Shown: one piece after another, positions 11,961-24,199 of the stretch | How positions within the stretch are numbered: position 1 is the first letter of the stretch | Layout of the letters: the number at the start of each line of letters is the position of its first letter | Source of the DNA: Anthoceros angustus | Taxonomy: Eukaryota; Plantae; Anthocerotophyta | Length of the DNA: 64,000 nt | Assembly: GCA_010909165.1 (NCBI GenBank) | Contig: MU008186.1 | Span: 248,001-312,000 of the forward strand | Direction of reading: 5' to 3' | Notes under the pieces: model-generated | Told to the model about the DNA's origin: nothing | Databases searched by the model: none | Seen by the model: only the letters and a program-made list of their open reading frames with translations | Program-made: the position numbers and the translations under genes

Positions 11961-14203
11961 CTCAACACGCCGCCTTTTTTTTAGCTCTCTTGTCAAATAT
12001 GATTTGATAGTTTGAATGTGCCAAAATAGCCTTTCTATCTTGATAAGAAATGGAAGCAATCTCTTTCCATCGTAATACTTTCCTAGTTTCAACTCTTTCC
12101 ATTCTAATACTATATGAGCTCAACGCCAAGCTTCACATACCATACAAGTGCATTAGGGGCTCCTCTAATAGTGTTATGGTACAAATCAATTGTAGGGATA
12201 TCTCTCCTAGTAACACTTTGCTTCTTGTCTTCCTGCAATTGTTTCGATGTGCAAGAACTAATGATCTATGCTGGAACGAGTGATAATGAAGCTAAATATC
12301 CTGCCCGTCTTGACATCGCAAAAAGAAGCATACTGCAATTTTTGCAATTTTGGTTGATTCTTTCCATCCACACTTCTCAAATGTAGACACAAAGGAGCTC
12401 ATTCAATAGAACATCGCCAAGATAACCATCACCTATTTTATCATGTTTTTGTGGGCTGTGTGGAGCATGAAAAAGATCAATAACTAATTTTCAGAAATTA
12501 TTGAACCAGAAATCCAAAAACCCCTTTAGACACAATGGGTAACTAGCTGAGAGGCCTTGTTTCAACCGATACACACACATCCACCCCTTTTGCTCCCTTT
12601 CTCACAACATTTTCCTTATCCCTTTCTCCCAAAGTTTCACAAAGGGGTTTATGTCGTTTTCGTATCTTGCCGTACCTTCCTAATCATTTGTAGAACTAAC
12701 CATAGGTACTCAAAATTTAGGTTATAAATTAAAATTAGAGAGTCTAATAACAATACCCTTATATAAATTCTAGCGAGAGAGAATTATTTATTCATATTAC
12801 AATAGTAATGTTATATTATTTTACTCATCCATGAAAAATTAAATTAAAAGTATTAAATAATACCTACTTAATTTTAATGTTTAGCCAACGTAGCCAGATC
12901 TGGATATCTATACCATGAGGCAATGAGGCAGTTGGCTCAATTGAGTACCTGCCAGCCATTTATTATTATTATTATTAGTAATTATTTTTGAAACATCGCC
13001 TACTATACCTAGGTAGGTATATCCGATATGCACGACGGTGTATGGAAGCGCTGAAGCGGAAGGGCATTTGTAACAGACATTTAAAAAGAAGCCCGCTAAG
13101 TATGACTTTTTAGCTAGCATGAAATGAGCTTGTATTTTTTCAATCTCCCTCCCTTCCTTCTCTTTCCTCCTTTCCTGTCGGACTGGTAGCTGCTGCTGCT
13201 GCTACTCTCTGGTTTGCTGGCTCTGGAAGGAGAGGAGAAAGCTTGCAGAGGCCAGGCTATGTCGGCCTCGTACTTTTCCTGTCAGTCTGATTTTCCTTCG
13301 TATTCCTCATTCCCTTTCTCTCCCGCATTCCGTTTTGTGGTGTTAATTTTTCCCTTTCCCAGCGGCTCAAGAGGCGAGACGTGTTGCCACGAATGCAAGT
13401 GCAAGAGCAGGTTTGGAATTCGAAGCTCGGGTGAGTTTAAGATTTGTGAAAGACTGAAGGACACGGGACATTCACACTGGTTGGGTCTGCAGTCCCGGCG
13501 TCTTTAGAGAGGTTTTGCCGAATGTGCTGCCATGTTCTTGCTGTGTCAAGCCTGGACGGGCAGGAGTGTTGTGTTTTTTTCTTAAAGGATTTTTCGGGTG
13601 GATCAAATACGGCTTTTGCCGTATTTAGCTTGAATTTTAGCCTTCAGCACAAATGCGTAAGGGGGCAAGAAGGTCTGCTGGGGCAAGTGATTTTTATGGG
13701 GTTCCTTGTTGGTCTGTTTGGCCGGTTTCTTGTTAGGAGCTCAAGAGTTGGGCTTCCGGGTCTTGTACAGTCTGTGTGTGATGGTTTCTTTGCCTCCAAC
13801 GTGGTGGGGTTTGTTATGCTTCCGTGAGCTGGGGTTTTGGGTGACTAAATTGGCGTAGGAGAGAGTTGTTGGTAAAGTGATTACATGTTTGTGGCCATGT
13901 TGCTTGCTCTGTTGTTCCGTTAGTTTTTATGGGGAGAGAGCTTCAGTGAGGTGCACTGAAAGGCTGTGTGGCATGGTGTTTTGCAGCCTGTAAGTTCTTT
14001 TCCTGGTGCTGGATGGCATCTCACGTCTCCGTCGATCGTGTCCTTGGATATGGTAAAGCTTCAGCAAGAAACCCTTGGGAGCCTGTTGAGGGTCCGCATC
14101 TTGGGTGGTGGAGCTATGCGCGGTTTTGAGGCACTGTGAGTGGGTGCTATTTAGGTTGTGGCCGGCCTTGGTCTGTCCGGCGGGGTTGCTTGGATCGGAG
14201 GAG

Positions 14204-17200
14204 ATGTTGGAGGACGGGAGTAAGGAGGAGAGTGGGAAGGATTCGGGCCAGACTTTGGAGGACGTGGCTGGTGGCCTGGTGAGTGTTGAGGATGGTGCAG
14301 GAAATGGTCCGGCCGAAGTTGTTGTTGAGGTAGAGGAGGTGAAGGCCCAAGTGCCTGCGGATGGAGAGGGTTCCGTGAATATAGTGGGTACCCTGGCGGC
14401 ACAGGGGAGTGAACCTGAATTGAGCTCCCCTCCCACACTGGATGCAACCGAAGGGACTGGTGGATTCATGGCTGAGTTGGGGTTTCCGGAGGAAGGGTCA
14501 GCTGACCCTGTTATGGTCACATCCGGAGTGGATGACCATGCTGGAGACGGGGTTGACGTGGCTATAGTCGGGATGGGATCTTCTCAGCCTTATTCACTAA
14601 CTGTTGGCACGACTGGAGCTCTCCCAGCCGAGGTCAAAGGTGTCCGACCAGCGGACTTAAGTGCAGAGGATGATGTTTTCTTGCAGGCAGAGGCCATGTC
14701 TGGGGTTCACAGTGTGACAGTAGACTCTCTACTGCTGAGGGGGACTAGGGACACTATGGACTTTTTGAATGATTCTGGTGATCTGCAGGATGGCAGCTTA
14801 TTTCTTCCAGTTGGAGCTGTGGCCGAGTGTGGGTCCATACTGCTTTCCAATGATATTGGTAGCAAGAATGTCAGGGGTCCTTCTTCTGGGGTAGTGGAGG
14901 ATAGTTGTCTTCTTCGTAATGGAGGTGGAACAGTTGAGGAGATGTGCATAGATTTGCCCAGAACGTTCAATGTGCAAGTTGAGGAGCCAAGACTAGTTGA
15001 GGATGTCCTCATGGAGGATGCCAATCACATTTCCGTGGATGAGGAGATGGAAATTGATAGTGGTGGAGTAGTTGAGGGAATAGCCCAAGAGTCGTCCAAA
15101 ACGGTGAGCCCATCCTCAGCAGAGGTTGAAGTTGTGGAGCAAAGATTAGTGGATGAGGCGCTCATGGAGGATGGCCATCACATTTCAGCTGACGAGGAAC
15201 TGAAGACTGTGTCTCAATCATGTGTGGAGCCAGAGGAGAAGGCTTCCCTGAACAGTGCCATTCCCGTTGACAGTCAGGGCTCTGAAGAACTACATGTGCA
15301 ATGGGGAAGGCCTGTAAGTGATGAGATTTTTTCACCTGACGGCAGTTCAAAAGGTGACACTCAGAGCAGTAAGGGACACCCTCATGTTCCTAACGACATT
15401 GAACTCTCTGTTGTGGAAGGAAAAGATGCTAGGAAAGAAACAGCTGGGGACACGCAGGATCAGAGTTTAACTGAGGAAAGTCAGGCATTCTCTCATGCGA
15501 TTCAACACCAACACACAGGAAATTCTCCACTTTCGGCTGCTGATGGCAAATCTACAATTTTGGTAGAGGAGCACGAAACAGAAGGCCTGTCACTTGCAGA
15601 TGACCCATCAGAAGTGCTGCATGATACAAAACAGGAAGACATTCAACCAGATGGTGCTCTGCTGTTGGAGGTAGCAGCAGATGAAACCCTTTTGGTGTCA
15701 GCAGAGGCAGATGAGGAGCATAACGACTCTGGTGATCCTCCTGCCCTGAGCATCAAAGTCCAGGTTATAGAAACCCAGACGACTGAAGTATTCGATGCCA
15801 CAGGCATCAAAATCCTTGGTGATGGTGTGGACTGCACCCCCAAGGATAGCAAGGTCTCCAGCGATATCAAGGTGTCTGATGTGGCTGGGCTATCTCCTGC
15901 AGGGTTTTTACCCGAAAGTGCTCAGGATTCCAAGGATGTGGATCACGACGGTTCACTAGAAGTTGCTGAAGTGGTGCCAAATGCACAGGGTGCTTTGGAC
16001 GATCTAAGAAAGGATCAGCATACTTCTGTTCCTCTTGCTGACAGAGTAGAAATTGAAATTGGGACCCCAGACGTACAGGCTTCTAGGGAGGATGTCGATA
16101 AGTCTCATGAGGGTGTTGCTCAAAGAGTAGAATCTGAAACAAAGACCCCAGTTCTACCACTTTCAGAACTAGACGTGAAGAGTATAGAGGGGACAGGAGA
16201 TAGTACAATCACAGTTGCAGACACAGTGCCATTGCAAGCAGAGAATTCTGTACCTGTGGAGCGAGATAGTACAGTCACAGTTGCAGACACAGTACCATTG
16301 CAAGCAGAGGGCTCTGTACCTGTGGAGGTCAAGGGTGTCGAGGTGAAGAGTGTGGAGGGCGATATTGAGGAGAGGGATGTAGACATGGTAGCTGTGGATC
16401 ACAGTGTGCCTAAGTCACCCGATGATGCTGGCCAGGCTGGGGATGCTGACCAGGCTGGGGATGCCGACCAGGCTGGTTGTGCTGTAGAATCCACTGATGT
16501 GGAAGGCCAGGCTTGTGATAAGGTAAGGGAGAACCACGAGACAAAGGAGTCAGCTCCTTCAGTGCAAATGCAAAGTGGCGTGGAGCCCAGGCCGTCTACT
16601 GGTTCAAGGCGCAATAAGCGTAAACATCGTGAAAAACGTGCTGAGGTGCTTTATGGCGAGACTGGTGCTGGGAATGGGAAGCTTGTGAAAGAAGAGAAGT
16701 CTCACAGCAAAGATCTCAAGACTGCAGCACGTGAGGCGTCTGCGCCCACGAATGTCAGTACTCAGCAGCAAGAAAAGAATGTATCGTCAGATGGCACAGA
16801 AGTGCAGGGTGAAGCACTTGCTACCAAGCCCACAAAGCGAGAGAAATCCAGGAAGCAGAAGAAACGTCTTCAAAATCATGTGCAGGTCTCTCAGGGTGGA
16901 ACTAAAGCCGGAATGGATAGTGTGGCTGTCAATAAGGATGTAAAGAGCAAAGAGGAGGAAGCTTTTCTTCCAGATGGACCTGAAGCCATGGATATAAGCT
17001 CGCCTGTCCAGGAGAAAAGGCCTAGTGATCTTTCACCAGTTCATGTTGAAGCTGATGCGGAGGACGAAAGTGCACCAGAAGTGTCCAAGGATGCACATTC
17101 AGTTGTAGAAACTAAGCGTAGAGGTGGACACAGGAAACGGAAACGTCGCCGGAAAAGGGATGATACAGATGATGGGCAAAAGTTGTCCAAGAAGGGGAAG

Positions 17201-20200
17201 ACAGTCGCTGCGTCATCGACTGTTTCTGCAGCAAGTACAGTTGCTACACCAGTTGCAGCTGTGGGCAAGTCAACACGGAAGATAACCTTCAAAACCAGGC
17301 CAAAGACTCCACCCAAGACACCACCCAAGACATCCCCCAGGATAGCACCAAGGGCAACTCCCAGAACGCCACCCAAAAGCACACCAAAGGCCACTACTAA
17401 GAGTACACCTAGGAGCACGCCTAAGAGCACAACTCCAAGAGGAGGAAGGGGTAGAAGGTTTGGGGAAGATGATGGCTATGCATACTTTTGTGCACTCTGC
17501 CAAGAATTTGGTGAGCTGCTGTGCTGTGAGAAGTGCAAGCAGGCATTCCATTTAGCTTGCTTGGGGTTGGAGGCAGTTCCCGAAGCAGATCCTTGGATGT
17601 GTGACAATTGCGTGGAGAACAAGGTGATGTAGGGGGCGTAGGGTGTGGGACTATTTTGCTTGCATTTTTCACTGCAATTCAGGTTCCAGGGTTCCATTCA
17701 TGTGGATTCTGACTCGTCCCTTTGTTATATATTTTTGCCAGGTTGAGTGTTTCGACTGCAAGGTATTCACTTCTATGGACAAGGATGTCCTCATGTGCTC
17801 ATACAAGAACTGTAGCAAATTTTTCCATGAAGAGTGTTCCAAGAAATGGGAGAGACCACAACCAGCCAAGACCAGTGCTACAAGGAAGAGCACGGGCTTC
17901 ACGTGTCCACATCACTTTTGTGATGCTTGTGGACACCCAAAGACACCTAAGAGGTCAAGGCTCTACCGTTGTCTATATTGCCCTGTGGCATACCATGAGG
18001 GCTGTGCTCCAGATGGTACACAATTTCTTGAAGATGTTCCAGGGTTTATGAGTTGTTGGAAACATGATGATGACTGGAAGCTTGAGAACCAAGTAAGCTA
18101 GAAAACCTACTCTCTCATTCAATGCTTCATGTCTGATGTAAAACGTTTTTTTGGTTGAAATGTGGATTTGTGTGGCTGCAGAATGGTGAACAAATACGGG
18201 ATCTGAAAACCCTTTTCAAGCTGCTACCGTTACCTAGTGTCAGCAATGACTTTCAAGTTCCCCAGTTCATCCACGAGGCTGTGAAGAAGCTTGATAGAAA
18301 GCCATCATCGTATACTCACATAAGGCGAAGTATCTGACAAGACAAACGCTTCACAATGATGCATAGTAGTTTGTGCCTTCCTTTAGAAAGGATTGGTGTA
18401 CAATGACATGGACATGGTTTTTTTGGATACTGTAGATTTTGAGAAGTCCACTGAGATAGACAATCATCTGTTCTTCAAGGGATGTGCATCAATAAAGCTC
18501 ATTGTTCGAGGCACACATGGCTATGTGTTGTCTTGAAATGCTAATGGGCGGTAGTTAGGTTGTACTAATGCTCATGAACATATGCTGGTGTTGTGGCTGA
18601 TGGACGATGCTCATGTTTGTGATTGCAATGCTGCTACAAATGCTTTTAGATTCTGAGTAGGTGTTTGAGACAGAAAGGGGAGTAGGGCATAATGTGTTCT
18701 TTTGGAGATGCTCTTAGGCTACCTTTACCAATGTCAGATATTTATTTGGCAAAGAGGCCCAGGAAGAGGTCGGAGGATGAATGCATGCAGTGCCCATGCA
18801 AGCCTGCATCCGACTCGAAACCGGCATGTGATAAGGACTGCTTGTGTGGGTAATCTCCTCACAGCTTGACATCTTTGTTCCACATTCTTGCAACGTCATT
18901 TTAGAGTCATACATGCATCTTTTGTGTGCGAGACAGGTACATCGCTTTCTGTGACATCTGGGATGGTTTCATCATTGCAGAATGTTGTTCACTACCTGCT
19001 CAAGTTCATGTGAATGTGGAGATTCTTGTAAGAATGTACCATTTCAGAGGCGCCCTGGTCGCAAGCTGAAAGCTGTGAAGGTTACAATCCTGTAGATTAT
19101 TTCTTCGTATTGATTTGCAATTGTGCACTGATTTACTTTCAGAGAGCTAGCTATTGAGTGGCAGGCCTGGAAGGTGGTTAGAGTCTGTAAGGGTTGACTT
19201 AGCTTTTTGGAAGCAGACTGAGAACTGTGGTTGGGGCCTTAAAGCTGATGAGGACATCAAGGCTGGGGATTTTCTGATTGAATATGTGGGAGAAGGTAAT
19301 TCAGCTCTTGGAGCTTGTCATGCTGCCATGGTTTGCGTGGCTAGATAGTATGGCTGATGTGTACTGAGTTAAGGGTCGCTGCTTGTTGTCAAGTGATTGA
19401 TGACAAGACTTGCGAGGAGAGGCTCTGGGCAATGAAAAAGCGAGGGGAAACCAACTTCTACATGTGTGAGATCAGCCGGGAAATGGTCATTGATGCTACA
19501 TTTAAGGGCAACTTGTCGCGTTTCATCAATCACAGCTGCCAGCCAAATAGCGAACTTCAGAAGTGGTCAGTATATTCTGGCACCTTCGATGTTTCCACTT
19601 AGAAAGCGAGCTCTTCAAGACTGTGGCCACGTCTTTTCTTTGCTTCTGATTTGTGTGCCTCTGATGGTGAGATGAGAATGCCTGATCGTCTTTCACACAC
19701 ATCTCATGGCCACAATGCTGACCTGGTTGATGGCAACTGTGTACCATTTTTGCAGGGAGATCGATGGAGAGATTAGGATCGGTGTCTTTGCAATCTCCGA
19801 TACGAAGAAAGGGGGATTCATCACTTATGACTATCAGTAGGTGTTATGTGATTCTATGCTATCAAGTGGGCTCTAAATACATCATGATGCAACTGTAGCT
19901 CCCAGTGACTCAAGTTTCAGTCTATCTTGAGGATCTAACCATGAATAATCTTTGAGCTTCTGTTACTGTCAAGTCTGCAGGAGCGTTTGTTAATTTGGAG
20001 CGCTGTGTTTTTTGTGCAGGTTCATTCAATTTGGGACCGATCAGCAATGCCAGTGCGGATCCATGGATTGCAGGGGACAGCTTGGGGTGAAATTGCACAG
20101 ATCAAGCGGTGTGAACTTGTCCAGCAGTCCTTGTACAGCAGGGTCCGTTCACAGCATCTCAGATTTGCAATCAGTCCATTACAAGCCTGCCGAAGCTCCA

Positions 20201-20628
20201 AAGTGGGTGGGGCGTCGTGTTGGAGTTTGGTGGCCCTTAGATCAAAAGTATGTGAAGCTTTTGCAATCTTTTGAATTCTGAACTTCTACCTGTTCTGCGC
20301 CTTACCAGCACCTGTGACATGACTGTAGGTTTTACAGAGGTGAAATAGTTGGATACAAGTCCCAGTCAAAACGGCACGAAGTAAGTTGAATTTGTAGCTT
20401 CTGTGGTTGCAAGAATCTTGGATACAATTAAATCCCCAGAAATGATCATGAATATTGACCGAAGTATGTGCTGGTGTTTTGCTGAACTTCAGGGTGACCA
20501 CTAAGTTGTCTTCTTGCTGTTGGGCAATGGATCTGTAGATTTGGTATGATGATGGTGATGTGGAAGATTTGGACCTCAGCAAGGAGACGTGGCAAGCGGA
20601 GAAAGCTGTGACCTGCTGCCATGTATGA
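14204..20628 (+). CDS. ASH1/NSD-class histone lysine (H3K36-type) methyltransferase: long acidic N-terminus, PHD cluster, AWS, SET, post-SET, C-terminal Tudor-like domain
   Basis: A 3.4-kb first exon ends in PHD FCALCQEFGELLCCEKCKQAFHLAC. The next exon has CSYKNCSKFFHEEC, CPHHFCDAC and RCLYCPVAYH. AWS/SET exons read IRRNIYL, CGWGLKADEDI, VIDATFKGNLSRFINHSCQPN, ITYDYQ and CQCGSMDCRGQLG. The final exons read VGRRVGVWWPLDQK/FYRGEIVGY/IWYDDGDVEDLDLSKETW. The exact start and stop are inferred. Confidence 0.9.
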
Positions 20629-21473
20629 CGAGAACTTTGTTGTTGCAACGTGAGTTGATGCACAATCTAGCCCATACAAACTAATTCTTACTCCTGTCGA
20701 GTACAACGCAGAAGCGGGCAAGGTTCAGGGAGGCCGCGTAAGTTGGATGCTTTGAAACTGGCGTAGGATGTGAGCGCCACCTATTTATGACTGGTTCGGC
20801 ATTACATGCACTCCAGACGCGAGCCAACTGCTGGGGAATGGCTTTGCAAACTTGAGGCTGCGTAAAGCCTGGATTGATTTACGTGTTGGAACGCAATGCC
20901 TAAGGAGGTTGTTTTAGGTCAAGGTTACATCTTGTCAAAGGTAAGCTTTTCTTGCGTCATGCAAGGGCTCTTTCTACGGCTTGTGCATCTAGAACATTCA
21001 AGGTGCATACATTGTGTTTACAAAATGATTGATCCTCGGGTGTTGTTTTGCAGCAATCGATCCAGAAGGGGTACAGAACCATGACATGATTGTTAACCTT
21101 GAGTTAGTGTGCTCAGCAGCTCCTGCATTCCCGATGGGCTGCCCTGAAGGCAGGTGGTTTACCGAGTTGCGTTTTACTATGCACATGGAGCGGCCTCATG
21201 TTATTTGAAATAGGAAAAGAGGGATGCAACAAGTCCTGACGATTCCTTTCTTGCTCTATCTGCCGGGAGGATATCGGCTTGGATGTCCGTCCACCTGTTT
21301 GCGTTTGTCCATTTTCGTGTTGGTGAAGTTTAACAATCAATCGTTTTCTAATAAAACAGCTCTTTTTTCGTTCTGAATCATGAAAAGTGCGGATTATCGA
21401 CACGCGGTCTGATTGGTCGTAAAAACGGTCATCTAGCTAGTCGAATTGGAGCCGACGCAGCAATGTATGGCAG

Positions 21474-21560
21474 CCCTTATTTTCGGGCAAAGGTAACAGT
21501 GGGGAGTCCTTATTTTCGGGCAAAGAGTGGGGAGTCCTTATTTTCGGGCAAAGGTAACGG
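21474..21560. repeat. Three copies of CCTTATTTTCGGGCAAAG
   Basis: Direct reading; the copies are ~30 bp apart. Confidence 0.8.
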
Positions 21561-22312
21561 TGGGGAGTTTTAGTGGGTGAGGGAGTTCTTCCCAAGTCCC
21601 ACATAACCTGCGATGGTATCTAGGCACGTACTCAGATGACCTGAGTATAGTCTCTTCCTGTTGGGATGATACGATGTGTAACATAGGGGAATCAGAACCC
21701 TTGCCGAAGATTTCTGCCCCGGGGTTGTTTTGATTTATTTTCAAAATATCAAATTAAAAAAAAAATCTAGCTAGCCGAATGTGCAAGTTGTAGACCTGAA
21801 AATTGCTCAAGGCAGGGCTCATCGAAGGGCTATGGAAACCCATCCATCATACCTAATTGTGGCCTGAAAATTGAGGAGAATCCACTGAGAAAAATTTGTT
21901 TTTTTGATAGTTTTATTAGGGTTCACTAAGGACGAATTCCGGATGCGACCCAAGAGCCTAACAAAGAAACAAACAAATGTAATTGAAGTCCATTAAGGAT
22001 GGACATGCTGCCAATGTTCCATGGAATAAACTAGGTTGTTAGCACGAGGAGCATTTCTTTCTAGGTATGCCATACGGGTCCCCCTTGGGCTATAGAGCAT
22101 TGAATTACGAGGTTTGCAATGTATGTGTATCCATCTGGCCTAAGCCATTCAGACACACATACTTAACCATCTAGGACCAGCAATGACTTTATTTATGCTT
22201 TAACCATCTAGAACCCAGAAACAACAATTGTATTTATGTACCCTAAGGATGGAAGGACCACCATGGGACAGAAAATTATAGAGCTCAAAAGAGGAGGAAA
22301 AAAGGTGCACAC

Positions 22313-22613
22313 TTACAACTGAAAAGAGGTAGTCTAGAAGAAAAGCGTACACACGTCCAGCTCAAAAGACATACTCTAGAAGGAAAAAGTACACAAGTAT
22401 AGGTGAAAAGAGGTAGTCTACAGGAAAAACGTACACACATGCAGACGTAATCTAGAAGAAAGAGGTAGTCTAGAAGAAAGACATACACACATACAGATGT
22501 GTACAGGTAGTCCATAAGAAAAGGTACACACGTGTAACTCAAACGACGTAATCTAGAAGAAAAACGTACATATGTACAGCTCAAAAGAGGTAGTCTGGAA
22601 GAAAAACTTATGC
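22313..22613. repeat. Degenerate tandem array (~40 bp, AGAGGTAGTCTAGAAGAAAA.CGTACACAC), probably subterminal repeats of a transposon relic
   Basis: GTAGTCTAGAAGAAA and CGTACACA variants recur about seven times. The transposon origin is inference. Confidence 0.65.
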
Positions 22614-23703
22614 ATAATGTATGCTATTTTTTAACCTACATAACATGTAGTTCTACTTGTATTCGAATCCATTCTTGAGAAAATGAGAAAACACCAAAAG
22701 AAATTTCATCAATTTTGGACTTAGGTAGCCGTCATGGAAAGGAGGCCCACCTTGAAGTAATTTTGCTTTGATCACCTATTAATTGGGGCTTTGGCTTCGT
22801 TCAAATTGACATTGTGTCACTAACAAATTCTACACTCAAGATTGCTATTCGACTTATGAAAGTTGGCCCAAGTGTCAAGACAACCACGAAGAAAATAGTC
22901 ATGTAGTACTGTGACCTTTCCACATGGACTCATCTAAAAAGATTATCATTTGAACGATCTTATAAATAATAGGTGATTCGGTACCTTCATTAGATCTTAT
23001 GTTAGTTTTATTGATATTTAATAATTATTGATCTATATAAAATCAAAACCCATACAATTGTTCGATGCCGATAATTTTACTCAATAGTGAGACATATATA
23101 TATCTTCAGATAATTGGGGACCTAATGGTTGGAATTGAAGGTCGGATAACATATGATTTGATCGTAGTAGGAGTATGATTGGCATATGTATCTTAATAGC
23201 GAATATGAGCTTAAGATTGAGTCATATGTATTTACTTAAAAAATTATATGATGAATTCGTAGAACGAGAAGAAGGAAGGAGAGGCATCCAGGCCATTATG
23301 TCTATCCAAAACAAAATTATACTTATTACAAGATGAAACAAAAAAAACAAGATGACTATGAGATACTTCAGCACCTGGGCTGCAATGCTAAGTAAATTAA
23401 ACAAAACGGGGATCGTATAAATTCGGTAGCAGGTGCAAAGTCGTCTCTAAAGCCATGCCGAAGGAGTTGGATGCTCCCTCCTATCTTTGATTCCAAGAAA
23501 AGCCAAACAAAGCTGTCGTGCAGGCCTGGTCGTGTGAACCCATTTGGAGTCGGCGGGGCAATTCATTTCCTGAAGTAAATTAACAGCTGCCTGCGACCTC
23601 AGCTAGCCATGCCGGATCCGCTTGGTGATAGATACATGTGCGCTCGGTAGTGTTGCCGGAGATCCTGAGCTCTGATGTGATTCCCAGTACTAGTCCTACC
23701 ATG

Positions 23704-23881
23704 AGCAGCAGGATCCGAAGGTATTACGTGATTCTCACTGTTAATCCGTGGGCGGCAGGATCCCAGGGTCTTATATCATTCCCACAGCCCTGCCGTCAGC
23801 AGCAGGATCCGAAGGTATTACATGATTCTCACAGTTAATCCGTGGGCGGCAGGATCCCAGGGTCTTGTATCATTCCCATAG
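23704..23881. repeat. Two near-identical ~84 bp direct repeats, 94 bp apart
   Basis: AGCAGCAGGATCCGAAGGTATTAC.TGATTCTCAC.GTTAATCCGTGGGCGGCAGGATCCCAGGGTCTT.TATCATTCCCA occurs at ~23704 and ~23798. Confidence 0.9.
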
Positions 23882-24199
23882 TTCTGCCGTGAGGCTGAGC
23901 AGTACAGGGTTTGACAGGAGTGAAGCCGCAAGTGCACCCTGAGCTGACATGTGCAAGCTTCGAAGATCCATGAAATCAGGCAGCAAAAATGAAGAAAGCA
24001 TTGAAAAGTAGGGGCGGCGTGCGGGCTCCGGAGGATCCTCCTCATGCGTTGGCATCACACGGTCCCCCAGCTTCGCCGGTAGGGCCACAGTAGAGCGTGC
24101 CGTCTTTGGTGTTTGCTCCAATGCATATGCTCGCGCACAGCCGGCGTCCGCTCTTGTCGTCACTCGATATGCGTAGTCCTCCGCCGTCGTCTCATCATC

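Noticed and set aside
11960-12450. Possible transposase or gene relic in the AT-rich intergenic region
   Set aside because: No recognisable motif in any of the frames I translated.
13927-17551. Antisense ORFs over the SET gene first exon
   Set aside because: Shadow ORFs of a long coding exon with repetitive codons.
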